A stretch of DNA of 64,000 nucleotides from Octopus sinensis (taxonomy: Eukaryota), in assembly GCF_006345805.1 (NCBI RefSeq), contig NC_043001.1, positions 116,560,001 through 116,624,000 on the forward strand, given 5' to 3'. Shown in pieces: positions 12,391 through 25,455 of the stretch. Within the stretch, counting starts at the first letter, position 1. Every line of letters begins with the position of its first letter. The position numbers and the translations under genes were made by a program. Under the pieces are notes generated by a model that saw nothing but the letters and a program-made list of their open reading frames with translations, made no database searches and was not told where the DNA came from.

Positions 12391-13486
12391 TGTAAAGAAA
12401 TAGGTCCTGCATTACATATAAGACCAACACAATGAAATTGGATATTTTCATAGATAAAACACAACAGCAGGTTAACATCAAAGGTAACTTTGGCAACTGA
12501 AAAGTCCAGCTAAGATAAAATATCACCATCATCACAACCATCACCACAATCACCACATCATCATCACCACCAACAACATCACCATGATCTTAATCACCAC
12601 GTCTGTTAATCTATGCTAGCATAAGTCGGATGGATTTTCTGAGGCAGGGTTTTCGAGCTGGATAATGTTCCTGTATCCCAACCCTCTCAGACACCTTTTA
12701 TAATACACAGAGACATGATATACTTATTCTAAAATCATGATATAAACAGGATGTATGAATATCTGCAAATATGTGAGACTAATAGAAAATAATACCATTA
12801 ATATTAAAGGATTTGTACATAGTTTGAGAGAGTGTTAATTGCTACTTGTATCTCAAATTGCCCCCTACTGATAGAAGCAGGCAGTTAATTATAAACTCAT
12901 TTTGCATTTTAATCAAAGACTAACACATCGATACATAGATAACAAAAATTTATAAAAAGGATTCCCTTCTAGGAATCATTAATGTAGTAAAAAGATGTGG
13001 TATGAAGCTTTGGGCTCCCTAGCATATACTTCTATAAGTAGGTTAATTAGGAAGCTTGCTAAAAATAACTGCAAAACCTCTCTCAAATCACAGAGCATCA
13101 TTTTAAAGAAGGAAAACTACATTAGATAATGTAGTCCAAAACGAAAAAGGAAAAAATAAGGTAATCATGGTTAGAACAGACTTGAACATAGATCTATTCA
13201 CTCAGGGTTGACCTAGATCCTAAAGAACTTAATGAGAGTACCCCCTTGATATTCTATAATCCATAACAGGTTTTATGGATGGCACACAGACACACAATTA
13301 CAGGCAGGAAGCAGGGTTGGAGGAGTTCTTGTTTGAGAATTACTTTATAAAACTTAATAAGATGAAAGACAAAGTTGGTGTAGGAGTAAGGTCTCAATGA
13401 AACCAAATACTGCAAAGCCCACAACTATTCCATCAGTTGTGGGTTGAAGGAAAGAAGTACATAAGTTTATGAACAAAATTATGAAA

Positions 13487-13545
<59 letters not shown>

Positions 13546-13560
13546 AATAATATATATAAA

Positions 13561-13878
13561 TAAGGATAAGATCGTTATTTAAATATCGATCTTATCAGGT
13601 GGCCAGCATGGGAATAAAAACCTTCAAAGGTAATAATTATTATTAAAATTATAATTTAGGGTATCTAAGAGATACCACCACGCTTGAAATAACAGCCAAA
13701 ACTTGACTCTAAAACCACATTAAATGTTCATACAGCACCAGGAGAGAAGACAAAAAGACAAAATAAGCTAGTAAAAACTAGTGCTGTATGAACATTTAAT
13801 GTGGTTTTAGAGTCAAGTTTTGGCTGCTATTTCAAGCATTGTGGTATCCCTTAGATACCCTAAATTATAATTTTATAT
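13561..13878. mobile_element. Penelope-like fragment with ~93 bp inverted repeat (13645-13737 / 13781-13875) next to (TA)n
   Basis: Inverted arms read directly; 5' part related to 45017-45265; Penelope call inferred from the inverted structure. Confidence 0.55.
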
Positions 13879-13934
13879 TTGTATATCCCTCTCTCTCTCT
13901 TTCGGAGAGGCACTGAGCAGCTATACGCACACAT

Positions 13935-14095
13935 ACACACATGGCAGTAACTTCCACCTACCGAATTCAATCACAAAGCTTCGGTCAGCTCGGGGCTATA
14001 GTGGAAGACACCTACCCAAAGTGCCACGCAGTGGGACTGAACCCGAAACCATGTAGCTAAGAAGCAAGCTCCCTAACCACACAGCCATGCCCACA
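13935..14095 (-). mobile_element. SINE family A, 5' part
   Basis: gtgccacgcagtgggactgaacccgaaaccatgt...accacacagcc. Confidence 0.8.
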
Positions 14096-14099
14096 CCTA

Positions 14100-14549
14100 A
14101 ATCGGAATTGAAATTGAACCAATCCTATGACTGGCACCCGGCAGATGCCAGGACCCCTGGACTGGAGATACATAAAAAGCACTATCCGAATCGTGGCCGA
14201 TGCCAGCGCCGCCTCAACTGGCTTCCGTGTCGGTGGCACGTAAAAAGCACCATCCAAATCGTGGCCGAAGCCAGTGCTGCCTTGACTGGCTTCCGTGCTG
14301 GTGGCACGTAAAATGCACCAATCCGACCGTGGCTGATGCCAACCTCGCCTGGCACCAGTGCAGGTGGCACGTAAAAAGCACCCACTACACTCACGGAGTG
14401 GTTGGCGCTAGGAAGGGCATCCAGCTGTAGAAACGTTGCCAGATAAGACTGGAGCCTGGTGCAGCCCTTCTGGCTTCCCAGATCCCCGGTCGAACCGTCC
14501 AACCCATGCTAGCATGGAGAACGGACGTTAAACGATGATGATGATGATG
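14100..14549 (+). mobile_element. RTE-type 3' UTR/tail copy
   Basis: Four ~57 bp tandem units, ccatgctagcatgg hairpin, (gat)n tail. Confidence 0.8.
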
Positions 14550-14911
14550 ATATATATATATATAATAAAAAAGTGGGACACATGTGACTTAGCTCACCAT
14601 GAAGTAAGCCACACAACTAAAAACACTCAAAACAATTTTTCATTAGGCCATTCTGAAAGTCCGGTGGGTCACAGCTTTCTGGTAGCTGACCTACACAATA
14701 CCTTAACAATTTATGGGATGATTATGGATTTGATATATTTTACTAGGGGTCAGCTTAATCAAGGCTGACAGGGGACTAAATAACAACTGCAACATAAAAA
14801 TGCTCATTAAGAATTGAAGCTCTTGTACAAATGTCACTGGTCTCAATAAAGTTAAAACAATTAATTAATAAAGAAATTGAATTGATATCTTGATTACAAT
14901 TAACTACTTAC

Positions 14912-14962
14912 CTTGGAATTTCACATAGCTCTCAGTTTCCAACCCATCAGGTGGTTTGAGAT
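14912..14962 (-). CDS. Candidate 51-nt internal exon (xLKPPDGLETESYVKFQ)
   Basis: Acceptor tttgcatttcag| and donor AAG|gtaagt; length divisible by 3 with only one open frame. Confidence 0.5.
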
Positions 14963-15534
14963 CTGAAATGCAAAGATAGTTTTTGTAATAGAATCCAAAA
15001 AGGTAAATGGCAACATTGGCAATTCCATGTAACAAAAAAGCTTACGTTTCTCAAGCCATATGAAAAAAGAAGACAGGTACAGGTAAATTTAGTACACATT
15101 CCCTTCTTATTGTCTTATTATAACCAAGAAAAAAGCAACAAGAATGGATTAGTAGTTTAGTACAATTGTTTCATACCAAGAACAATTTTATTTAAAGCTG
15201 CAAGTATTGCAGCAAATACAAATGTCCAGTATTCATCAGCTAAATCACATATATGTTTTCCAGACATCCTAGAGAGTGTGTCTATCCTCATGAAGTATTA
15301 GGAGTGAGTTCTATGAAATTTAAAGTCAAATTATAAGCAGACTCAAATTGCTTTCTAATGATGCACAGTTTTATAAAAAGTTTCTAAAAAGATTAACTTC
15401 CCAGAGAAGTTGTGAAATGAACTGCTGTGTGATCAACAGCTTTCCTCATGTCTCCGGAAATTATATCTGCATTTTTATGGATGGATTCACCTTCTCATTG
15501 GAATTCACTTGAATCTTAATTGTTTTGCTGAAAG

Positions 15535-15558
15535 ATATATATATATATAATATGTATA

Positions 15559-15593
<35 letters not shown>

Positions 15594-15715
15594 GTTATAT
15601 ATATATATGATATGTATATATAATATATACATATATATATATACATATATATATATACATATATATATATACATACATATTATATACATATATATATATG
15701 ATATATATATATATG

Positions 15716-15769
<54 letters not shown>

Positions 15770-16130
15770 TAGTATATATATGTATATATATATACATATA
15801 TATACATATATATATATGTATATATATAATGTGTGTATATATACATATATATATATATATGTATATATATATTACATATATATATATACATATATATAAC
15901 ATATATATTATATATATAATATACATATATATATTATACATATATATACATACATATATTTACATATATATATATACATATATATATACATATCATATAT
16001 ATACATATATATACATATATATAGATATATATATATTATATTATATATATATATGTATATATATATATGTATATATATATGTATATATATATATATATGT
16101 ATATATGTATATATATGTATATATATATAT
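15535..16130. repeat. ~600 bp interrupted (TA)n tract
   Basis: Direct reading; source of the spurious IY-rich ORFs. Confidence 0.95.
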
Positions 16131-16646
16131 GGAAAGAAGAGGAGAAAATATAGAATTTGTTTTGGGGTTTGTTATTAATAATTGAATAATAATTAGGGGA
16201 AAATAAACAAAAGACAGAAAGGCTGAATAATCCATAATTTATGAGGGTGTTTTTTTACAATGTCATTGTTTATCCTATTTTATCCGAACCCTTTCTCATC
16301 GATTTTCTTTTTCCTTAACCTTTCTCATATGGTTCTAAATATTTAAGCAATTTCATACATTGTTCGGAAATGAATTTTATATAAAGATTTCCTTCACTAA
16401 TTTCAACTATTCATTCTTACTATTCAGTCATCCAGACGATGGCATTTCAAATAGTATAAGATTTAGTTGCCTTAAGGTCCAAATTTTGCATATATATTTA
16501 AATGAATGAAAATAATCCATAACTCCAAAACATGTCATTGGATATCAGTAAAAAATTTATTTTCCTTGTAGCATAACTAGCAAAGCAGGCTAATGGGGTT
16601 CATTGCTTCCTAAGCAAATGTCTATAGCTGGAATTAATAGATACAT

Positions 16647-17235
16647 AGGAGCGGCTGTGTGGTAAGTAGCTTGCTTACGGTCTACATGGTTCCAGGTTCA
16701 GTCCCACTGCATGGTACCTTGGGCAAGTGTCTTCTACTATAGCCATGGGCCAACCAAAGCCTTGTGAGTGGATTTGGTAGACAGAAACTGAAAGAAGCCC
16801 ATTGTATATATGTCTATATATATACCAAAAAAAACCCCAAAAAAACCACGTAATTTTATGGGTAATACCATAAAAAATTCTGGCGCATCTAAATTAAGTA
16901 CCATATTCATTTGAATCTAAATTGTTTTGTTGAACTTATATATATATATATATATATATATATAATGTATTTATGTATGTATGTATGTATGTAGTATGTA
17001 TGTATGTGTGTGTATATGTTTGTGTGTTTGTGTTTGTCCCCCAACATCGCTTGACAACCAATGCTGGTGTATTTACGTCCCCCGTAACTTAGTGGTTTGG
17101 CAAAAGAGACCGATAAAGTACTAGGCTTACAAAGAATAAATCCTGGGGTTGATGTGCTCAACTAAAGGCAGTGCTCCAGCATGACCACAGTCAAATAACT
17201 GAAACAAGTAAAAGAATAAAAGAGATACGAAAATA
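16647..17235 (+). mobile_element. SINE family A, full length, with an insertion in its central microsatellite
   Basis: Head ggctgtgtggtaagtagcttgc; tail cagtcaaataactgaaacaagtaaaagaat. Confidence 0.8.
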
Positions 17236-18269
17236 AAGGAAATAGTGACAACCATATGTGAAACCTACATTGCAAGCTCAGTGATAGGAGACTTACATGC
17301 ACCGGGTTCAAGGCCATGGATTTGATCTCTGAGTTGAACAGAGGTTTTTTGTCTTTCAGCAAAGCAATTTCATTTCAGCGCTCCAGTCTAGTGTTGGTGC
17401 AGTCCACTGTCCCCCTCTCAATTGCCTTTTCTTGGATGTTGCAGTTGTGAAGGCCAGGCTAGTGAGGTGTCTGTATGTAACAACACAGGCACCTAAAACA
17501 AGTAGCAAAAGTCTGCTACACAATACCAGATCATATTCACTTGTGAGTCATGACTATGATTGATATAATCATCATTGTCATTCAATGTTTGTTTTCTATA
17601 CTGACAAGAGTTGGGTGGTTTGACTGGACCTGGTGAATCAGAAGACTGCAATAAGTTCTACTGTCTGTTTTAGCATGAGTTCTACAGCTGGATGCCCTTC
17701 CTTATGCCAATCACTTTACAGAGTGAATTGGGTGTTTTATTTTATGTGGCAACAGCAGCAATGAGGTCACCAAATAATTCACAAGAGTGGGGAGTAGTAT
17801 TGCGGAAGGTGGCTTTGTGCCAGATGTGAGATTAGAGTATGAGAAGAGGGACAGAAACAGATGTCTTGCAGTAAAGGAAATACGTGGCTACCTTAGTAGG
17901 AGAGGAAGAGAGAGGAGAGAGGGAGGAGCGAAGGAGAGAGTGAAGTGGTGAAGCTGTGAGATGGGGTACACTCAAGTTACAGGGAGTATAAAAGTGGGAC
18001 CAAGGATTGGATAGAGTGAGTGTGTGGGTAAGTTTGCCAGACTTGGAAAGGAGGGTGGGACATGGATGAGAGGGAATGTAGCGAGTGGGCAGAAATGGAA
18101 GGAGGATTGTTGAGGGGAAGAGATGCAACTGGGAAGATTGGGAGCTAGAGAGGAGAAGGTACAGAAGATGGTGAGCATAAAGGGGGTGAAGAGGGAGATG
18201 TTGGGAAGATGGGATGCAGGGGAGAGGTTTATCAGAGACAAATTGTGTGGAGGGTGGGGGCATGAACAT

Positions 18270-18510
18270 AACGGACATGCCTTTCTGGCCTCGATTTTAC
18301 TTAGCTCGACAGCATCTTCAGATTAATTTTCCCCACTTCATCCCATATCTTCCCGAGTTTTCCTCTTGCACAGGTCCCCACCACATTTAGAGATTAGCAC
18401 CACTTTATACAGCTGTCTACGTCCATATGCCTCACATAACCATACCAGCACAGTCTTCTCTCTTGCACACAACACATGATGCCTCTTATGCCCAATTTTT
18501 CTCTCAAACA
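18270..18510 (-). mobile_element. Decayed RTE LINE C-terminal fragment
   Basis: Homologous to 19540-19810 (CVQE..R.WYG, RKTWDEV). Confidence 0.65.
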
Positions 18511-18517
18511 CATTTAC

Positions 18518-18548
<31 letters not shown>

Positions 18549-19275
18549 ACTTTTATTAACCAGATGATGCCTAACAATTGCACAATTATTCCAATGCATG
18601 TTTGTAATTCTCCAAAAGCCTCACAAGACTGAATATCTGGAACAGCAGAACATGAGATTTTGCAATGCTCATTTTATGACACAGAATACTCTTAGCCATA
18701 AAATAAAGATAGGGCTAATTATTTCAATGTTTTCAGTATAAGAAACATGCACAGTTGACTTTAATAGGGTAATTTACAAAAACACTAAGAACCAGCTAAC
18801 ATTATTCTCTGGCAAAATAAGCAAGGGAGAAAAAATGGAAGTGTTTTAGCATTGTTAGGATTTGTTAGCCAGTGACTTGCCGCCACTTCTAAAACTAACT
18901 AAAAAGAAACATTTATAATTACTTGGTGGTGCTGTGAAATGAGAGATTAATTGGATAATGTAATTATCAAGTGACATTGGCGATATATTTAATTAAAGAA
19001 AGGCACTAACTACATATGTAATTTAATAGTGGGTTTGATTATTTACAATGTTTTTAACATTGGATTAAATGTAGTAATTAGGAGAAATATTAGAGGTTAT
19101 AATGCTGACTTTCTTTAATGCTGTAACTGAAGGTTTTTCTGGCTCCTGCTTCGAGTCTATGTGATTATTACTTAAACAAAATCTAAAAAGAAAAATAATC
19201 ACTGCAATCTAAGTAGAGAAACCATGACTAACTCTGACCTGCTTGGCTGCAAAAATGTTGTGCATGTGAATATAA

Positions 19276-20320
19276 GCACATAGCTGCTAGAATAAGAATA
19301 GGCTGGGCAAAGTTCAGAGAGCTCCTACCTCTGCTGGTAACAAAGGGCCTCTCATTCAGAGTGAAAGGTAGACTATATGATGCCTGTGTGCGAACAGTCA
19401 TACTACACGACAGTGAAACATGAGCTGTGACTGCTGAGGACATGTGTAAGCTTGAGAGAAATGAAGCTAGTATGTTCCGCTGGATGTGTAGTGTCAGTGT
19501 GCATGTACGACAGAGTGTAAGCACCCTGAGAGGAAAGTTGGACATTAGAAGCATCAGATGTGGTGTGCAAGAGAGATGACTGGGCTGGTAAGGTCATGTG
19601 ATGCATATGGATGAGGACATCTGTGTGAAGAAGTGTCACACCCTAGCAGTGGAGGGAACCTGTGGAAGAGGTAGACTCAGGAAGACCTGGGATGAGGTGG
19701 TGAAGCACAACCTTCAAACATTGGGCCTCACAGAGGCAATGACAAGCAACCAAGACCTTTGGAGATATGCCATGCTTGAGAAGACCCAGCAAGCCAAGTG
19801 AGATCATAGTTGTGGCGGATTCCAGTGTGCCCATATTGCCCCTTCAATCATTGGGCAATATGGTGTGCTTGAGAAGACCTGTTGAACCAAGTGAAATCAT
19901 AGTCATGGCATGTAAAAAACATCATTCAAGTGTGGCTGTTGCCAGTGCTGCCTAACTGGCACCCATGCTAGTGGTACATAAAAAGCAACATTTGAGTGTG
20001 GCCGATACCAGTGCCATCTGACTAGATTCTGTGTCGGTGGCACATAAAAAGTACCATTCAAGTGTTGGGCCCCATGGAGGCAATGTGGCCGATGCCAGTG
20101 TCATATAACTGGCACCTGTTCCTGTGGCACATAATAGCACCATACATTAATTCCAGATGTGGTTGGCATTAGATAGGGCAGCCAGCTATAGATAGAAACC
20201 ATGCCAAATCGATTGGAGTCTGGTGCAGCCACTCGGCTTACCAGCCCTGGTCGGTCAAAGAAAACACCCATGCCAGCCTGTGAAAACCTACATGTAAATA
20301 AGTGCTAATGATGGTGATGT
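19276..20320 (+). mobile_element. 5'-truncated RTE-clade LINE (ORF C-terminus with stops, plus 3' UTR)
   Basis: IAARIRIGWAKFRELLPLL...KGRLYDACVRTV...GHVMHMDED...GRGRLRKTWDEVV; repeat-rich 3' UTR follows. Confidence 0.9.
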
Positions 20321-20526
20321 GACGTGTATGTGTATGTCTATATATATTATATATAATATTATATAATATGGCATATATTTGCTGTGTTAGCAGTGTGTAG
20401 TAGTATGTATTTACAATAGATAATAATTTGTGCTTGGTTCATTATTCGTTATGTACTTTTAACTTGCCATGGTGGTATAGTATAAATGAACTAATTTTAA
20501 AACGTACTCTGTTCTATTTACAGCAT

Positions 20527-20528
<2 letters not shown>

Positions 20529-20590
<62 letters not shown>

Positions 20591-20889
20591 TTGGAAAAGG
20601 ATGTGTGGCATTCGATCATATAATAATAATATAAATAATATATAGATATATGCATATATACATACATATATGTACATACCTACATCTATTGTGTTCAACA
20701 TTTTTTGATGTCCTGTACCTTTATATATGCATGTATATATACATATAGATGTATGTATATACATATATGTATGTATATATACATATAGATGTAGGTATAT
20801 ACATATATGTAAGTATATACATATATGTATGTATATATACATATAGATGTAGGTATATACATATATGTAAGTATATACATATATGTAAG

Positions 20890-20944
<55 letters not shown>

Positions 20945-20945
20945 T
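20529..20945. repeat. (TA)n tracts and TA-derived minisatellite
   Basis: Repeated atacatatagatgtaggtatatacatatatgtaagt units. Confidence 0.85.
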
Positions 20946-21835
20946 CATGCATGCATCTACATAAGTATTTAGATGATTTATATATAAAAAAAAGTCGTTT
21001 TATGCTAAGAAATAATGAAGTTATGTTTAATAACAATGGCTCTTCCACCAAAGGACACAACCCATGAGTATTTAGGTTTCATTTCTATGAATATAGAACT
21101 TTATAACACAAATATTGTCACCCGACTCCTCGAGTGACAGAAAAATATTGTATGACCAGATTATTATTTTACAACGCAAAAGAACAAAGTATCTGGTTAC
21201 AGTTATCTATTTATATACAAATATACACATATATGTATATGTATATAGCAATTAAGGAATTTTAAATTGTTTATGTTTACAACCAAAAATTTTGTTTTTC
21301 CATTTCAGTAGATTTATTTCATTGGTAACTCAGATTTTTTGTTGCATGACAATGAACTACAAAAATGTTTGGTAGCCTGAACAAACCAAATGGCGAATGC
21401 TTTACCCTAATGAATGGCAAAGGAGAGATATCAAGAGACCCACACCAACTTGTAGGGTTCGTTCCTATGGATGGCAATACCTAACCTGATCAAACTAAGT
21501 AGGGAGGTGGTTTAGTGGCCCAACTTTCTGCAACTTTATGTTCCAAAAGGAAATCTGTCAAAGAGTAGCCAGCAGTTTTGTTAGTTTGCAGTCCTGTGCT
21601 TGTCAGGTCCAATGTTGATTTTACAAGGTCACCACTGGAGAAAGTATAGCTGCAGGCTGCCTCCCAGAGGAGAGCCTTGTCACTTTGGAACAAGAATATT
21701 GTGTTGCTGTTGGGTTTTTTTGTTATGCCATCAGTCTAACCCTGCAGGCTCCCGTTGTGATGGAGAAGTAACTGTGTCCAAATCACATCTGACAGTATTG
21801 AGGGGCAGCATTCCGAAGGAAGACACATTTGATTA

Positions 21836-22900
21836 TAAATAATAATAATAATAAACATTGTGTACAGTGCTCAGGTGCACTACAACTCATCTAAAGTGCA
21901 TATATAATCAGGTGTAGTTTCGACGGATTTCAGAAAGCATGAGGGTCTTAAAGGATGCAGTGTCATGGCAGTCAACAACTGACGCAGGCAGTTTATTCCA
22001 TGCTTCAGCAACTCTGAGCATGAAAAAATGTTTCCGAAAGTCATGGGAGCTGTGTTGTTTTCTGACTTTGTAGGCATGTCCACGTGTGTTAGACACATGG
22101 AGATAGATCAAAAAGGTGTTCAGTGTTGTTATTGGTGAGGTGGTTGACAACTTTGTGGGCGTTTACCAAGTCCGTCACCAGACGCCGGAGCTTCAGTGAA
22201 TCCATGCCCAGGGAAACAAGGCGCTCAGAATATGGTAGGTGTCTGATGGAGGGTATGCGTTTGGTTGCACGTCTCTGAACAGATTCCAGGAGGTCAATGT
22301 TCTGAGCAAGATAGGGGTTCCATACTGATGATGCGAATTCCAAGTGTGATCGTACCATAGCTGTATACAGTTTTAAATAGATGGCTGGAGAGCGGCTAAC
22401 AAAAGTGTTGCTGAGTGATGCCAAGACACCCTCGGCCTTCTTGACAATTTTAGAGATATGCTTTGTCCAACGCAAATCACTTTGGTTGTCCAACGCAATC
22501 ACTGCTGACAGTGATGCCTAGGTCACGCTAGCAGAGGATTTTCTTGCTATCAGTGTTGTGGAGGGAGTATGTGGCGCAGGGTTTTTTCTCCCAAAATGCA
22601 TGGTGGTACACTTGTCCACAGCCAGTTTCAGTTGCCAGTCTGTGATCCATTGCTGCATTGTGTCCAGGTCTGATTGCAGGAAAGAGCTGTAGACACACAG
22701 GATCTGTCCTCTTGATTTCAAGGTACAGCTTGATGTCGTCTGCATATTTTAATACTGTGGCATTCTTTTAAATTTGCATTTACGTCAATTAATGTATGCA
22801 CCAACAAGAGGGGACCAAGGACAGATCCCTGTGGTACACCCCGATGACATCTCATATGGTGTAGAATGCTGTCCTAGAACTGTGACTACCTCCTTTCGGT
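21836..22900 (-). mobile_element. 5'-truncated CR1-group LINE (RT C-terminal half, frameshifted)
   Basis: GVPQGSVLGPLL, YADD, LQSDLD..QQW, HLEFASSVWNPY, LESVQRRATK, TRGH, AWNKLP; (tta)n tail. Confidence 0.92.
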
Positions 22901-23378
22901 TGAGAATATCTTTAATATTTTGAAAATTCTATATTTGAACACGTTAATTACTTCAAAAAGAATAAATAAGTATAACAGCTATTAAAAATAGGGACAGACT
23001 ATGTAAGTGAAGGTACATGCCCCAGTGCTAAGAGTGTTGCACTCACCATCATAGAATTGTGGTTTCAATTCCTGACCCAGGTAATACATTGTGTTTTGGA
23101 CCCAAACATTTCATGTCTCCAACCCACTCGGCCATAAATAATTTCCAACAACGGCTGGAAAGTTAACACTACCATAGACCGGTATCCCATTCAGAGGTTA
23201 GGGGTTGTAATCTCAGTCCCTTAAACACCATGGCAGCTGATTTAAGCTCCAGCCTTACGAGTCTTAAGGTTCCTGGCAGATCTAACCCTACATATTATGA
23301 TAGGCCTCAATTATTACAATACTTAAATTAAGTTATAAAAGTAAAAAGCAAAAAGGTAAAGAATTTGTTAAAATAGGT

Positions 23379-23750
23379 ACAGGTATGGCTGTGTGGTAAG
23401 AAGCTTGCTTACCAACCACATGGTTCCAGATGGCTTCTACTATAGCCTTGGGCTGATCAAAATCTTGTGAGTGGATTTGGCAGAGGGAAACTGAAAGAAG
23501 CCCATCATATATATATGTATATATTTATGTGTGTGTGTCTGTATTTGTCTCTCCACCATCACTTGACAGCCAATGCTGATGTGTTTATGTCCCCATAACT
23601 TAGCAGTTTGGCAAAAGAGACCGATAGAATAAGTACTAGGCTTACAAAGAATAAATCTGTGGTTGCTTTCTCCGACTAAAACCTTTAAGGTGGTGCTCCA
23701 GTATGGCTGCAGTCAAATGACTGAAACAAGTAAGAGAAATGAAAAGAATA
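23379..23750 (+). mobile_element. SINE family A with internal deletion
   Basis: Head and tail match other A copies. Confidence 0.8.
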
Positions 23751-24234
23751 CTTTGGGTTTATTTCAATTAATTTTTAAAATCTTGAGGAATTTACCAAAA
23801 TAACTGTCATTATTAAGCTGGTGATCGGAGCATAACATGACATGGAATTTTGATGGAAGGGATTCATTTAAAATCACTTGAAAACAGGACGTTTGTATCG
23901 TAGAACCAAGGGTGGTGGTCTTGCGTGTGTTGGTAACAAAAGGGTTAATTCTGCCTTCCTAACAAGATATAATCGGCTTCATCCTGTGTGTCTGTCCTTG
24001 TTTGTCCACTCTGTGTTTAGCCCCTTGTGGGTAGGAAAGAAATAGGTATTTCGTCTGCTGCTACATTCTGAGTTCAAATTCCGCCGAGGTCAACTTTGCC
24101 TTTCATCCTTTCAGGGTCGATTAAATAAGTACCAGTTACGCACTGAGGTCGATATAATCAACTTAATCCATGTGTCTGTCTTGAACTCTTGTAGGTTAGT
24201 AGTTGTAAAGAAAATATTGGCAGAAAGGAGTTAA

Positions 24235-24731
24235 CTCTTTAACATTTAAACTGACCATATCCAGCCCAAAATTTTCTACATGTTTTTTGTTCAAACTGGC
24301 CAGATCTGACCTTTCACATCTACCTAACAATGTCATTGTAAGAACAAGAAAATTGCAGCAAAGCTGGATGATAGTGATGTCAGACGTGGCACACAGACCA
24401 TCATATAACTTGTTTGACATTACATTTTTATTCTTCTCTTCTGTTTTATTTTGGCATGCTCATTTTTATTTTTCACTTTCATTTTACGAATTGTGTGTGC
24501 ATGTGCACATTATGTGTTCATACTTCTCTTTCCAGTTCCTACTCAAAACCATTTACAGATCACAACCGTCTCACGAACCTGTGGTCGTGAGGAGTGCTTT
24601 GTGCTCTGATGGTTGTGAAATAAGCTGGCACTTCATAGAAATCTCAAAGCTACAAGATAACACATGATTAATTCAAAACAATACAAATAAATAAGCATTA
24701 CCTTTGACAGAGTAATCTGAACACTAAAGAG
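24235..24731. mobile_element. piggyBac-like MITE interrupted by a ~280 bp insertion (24353-24632)
   Basis: TTAA at 24231; flanks colinear with the reverse complement of 57888-58100. Confidence 0.65.
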
Positions 24732-25201
24732 TATATTTACAGAGAAAAAAAATTCATCAAAAAAAACAGTTCAACATCTAAAAAAAGATTACTTGTATCT
24801 TTGTTCAATTGAACCAAACCAATATATTACTGATACTTATTTTAGTGAATAAAAAGGAAAATGTCAATCATGGAGAGATTAAAAACAAATGTATGACACT
24901 AAACTGGATACTGTATTAGACCCACTACCCTAGCATTTGTGCTATATTATCCATGTCATAGAGCCAATAATTTCAGGGTTGAGGTAAATTCTTGGTGGAT
25001 CAACTCTACAGTCCAATTTCAATTCCTGGGTTGATATTTTCTTCACTTATATAATACTCTTTAAAATGACTTGAATGTCACAATTTTCACACAATTTCAT
25101 TCCCTTTACATTTAAGGTTCTATTCCAAACCTCATAATAGATTTTTATTGTTATATAAATTATAGATCCATTATCACATTGCAAATATTCTAGTAGCTTA
25201 C

Positions 25202-25231
25202 AACAGATATGATGAAGCCAATTCATTCAAC
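25202..25231 (-). CDS. Candidate 30-nt micro-exon (LNELASSYL)
   Basis: Acceptor ttcttttcttcag| and donor |gtaagc. Confidence 0.4.
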
Positions 25232-25299
25232 CTGAAGAAAAGAATATAGGTATTACAAGCTTGTTAAATCTTGCACCATAAAGTTTAGTGGTTAACCTC

Positions 25300-25455
25300 A
25301 TCTTCATCATCATCATCATCGTTTAATGTCTGCTTTCCATGCTAGCATGGGTTGGACAATTTTGACTGAGGGCTGGCGAACCAGATGGCTGCAGCAGGCT
25401 CCAATCTTGATTTGGCAGAGTTTCTACTATTGGATGCCCTTCCTAACACCAACCT
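25300..25455 (-). mobile_element. RTE-type 3' tail
   Basis: (cat)n, ccatgctagcatgg, ggatgcccttcctaac. Confidence 0.75.

Noticed and set aside
14160-14390. Regularly spaced repeats resembling a CRISPR array
   Set aside because: The spacers are homologous to each other; these are tandem units of a eukaryotic RTE 3' UTR with no cas genes
15461-16235. Long IY/YI-rich ORFs (also 20428-21067, 3784-4560, 4666-4939)
   Set aside because: Translations of (TA)n/(TACA)n microsatellites and RTE tails, not genes
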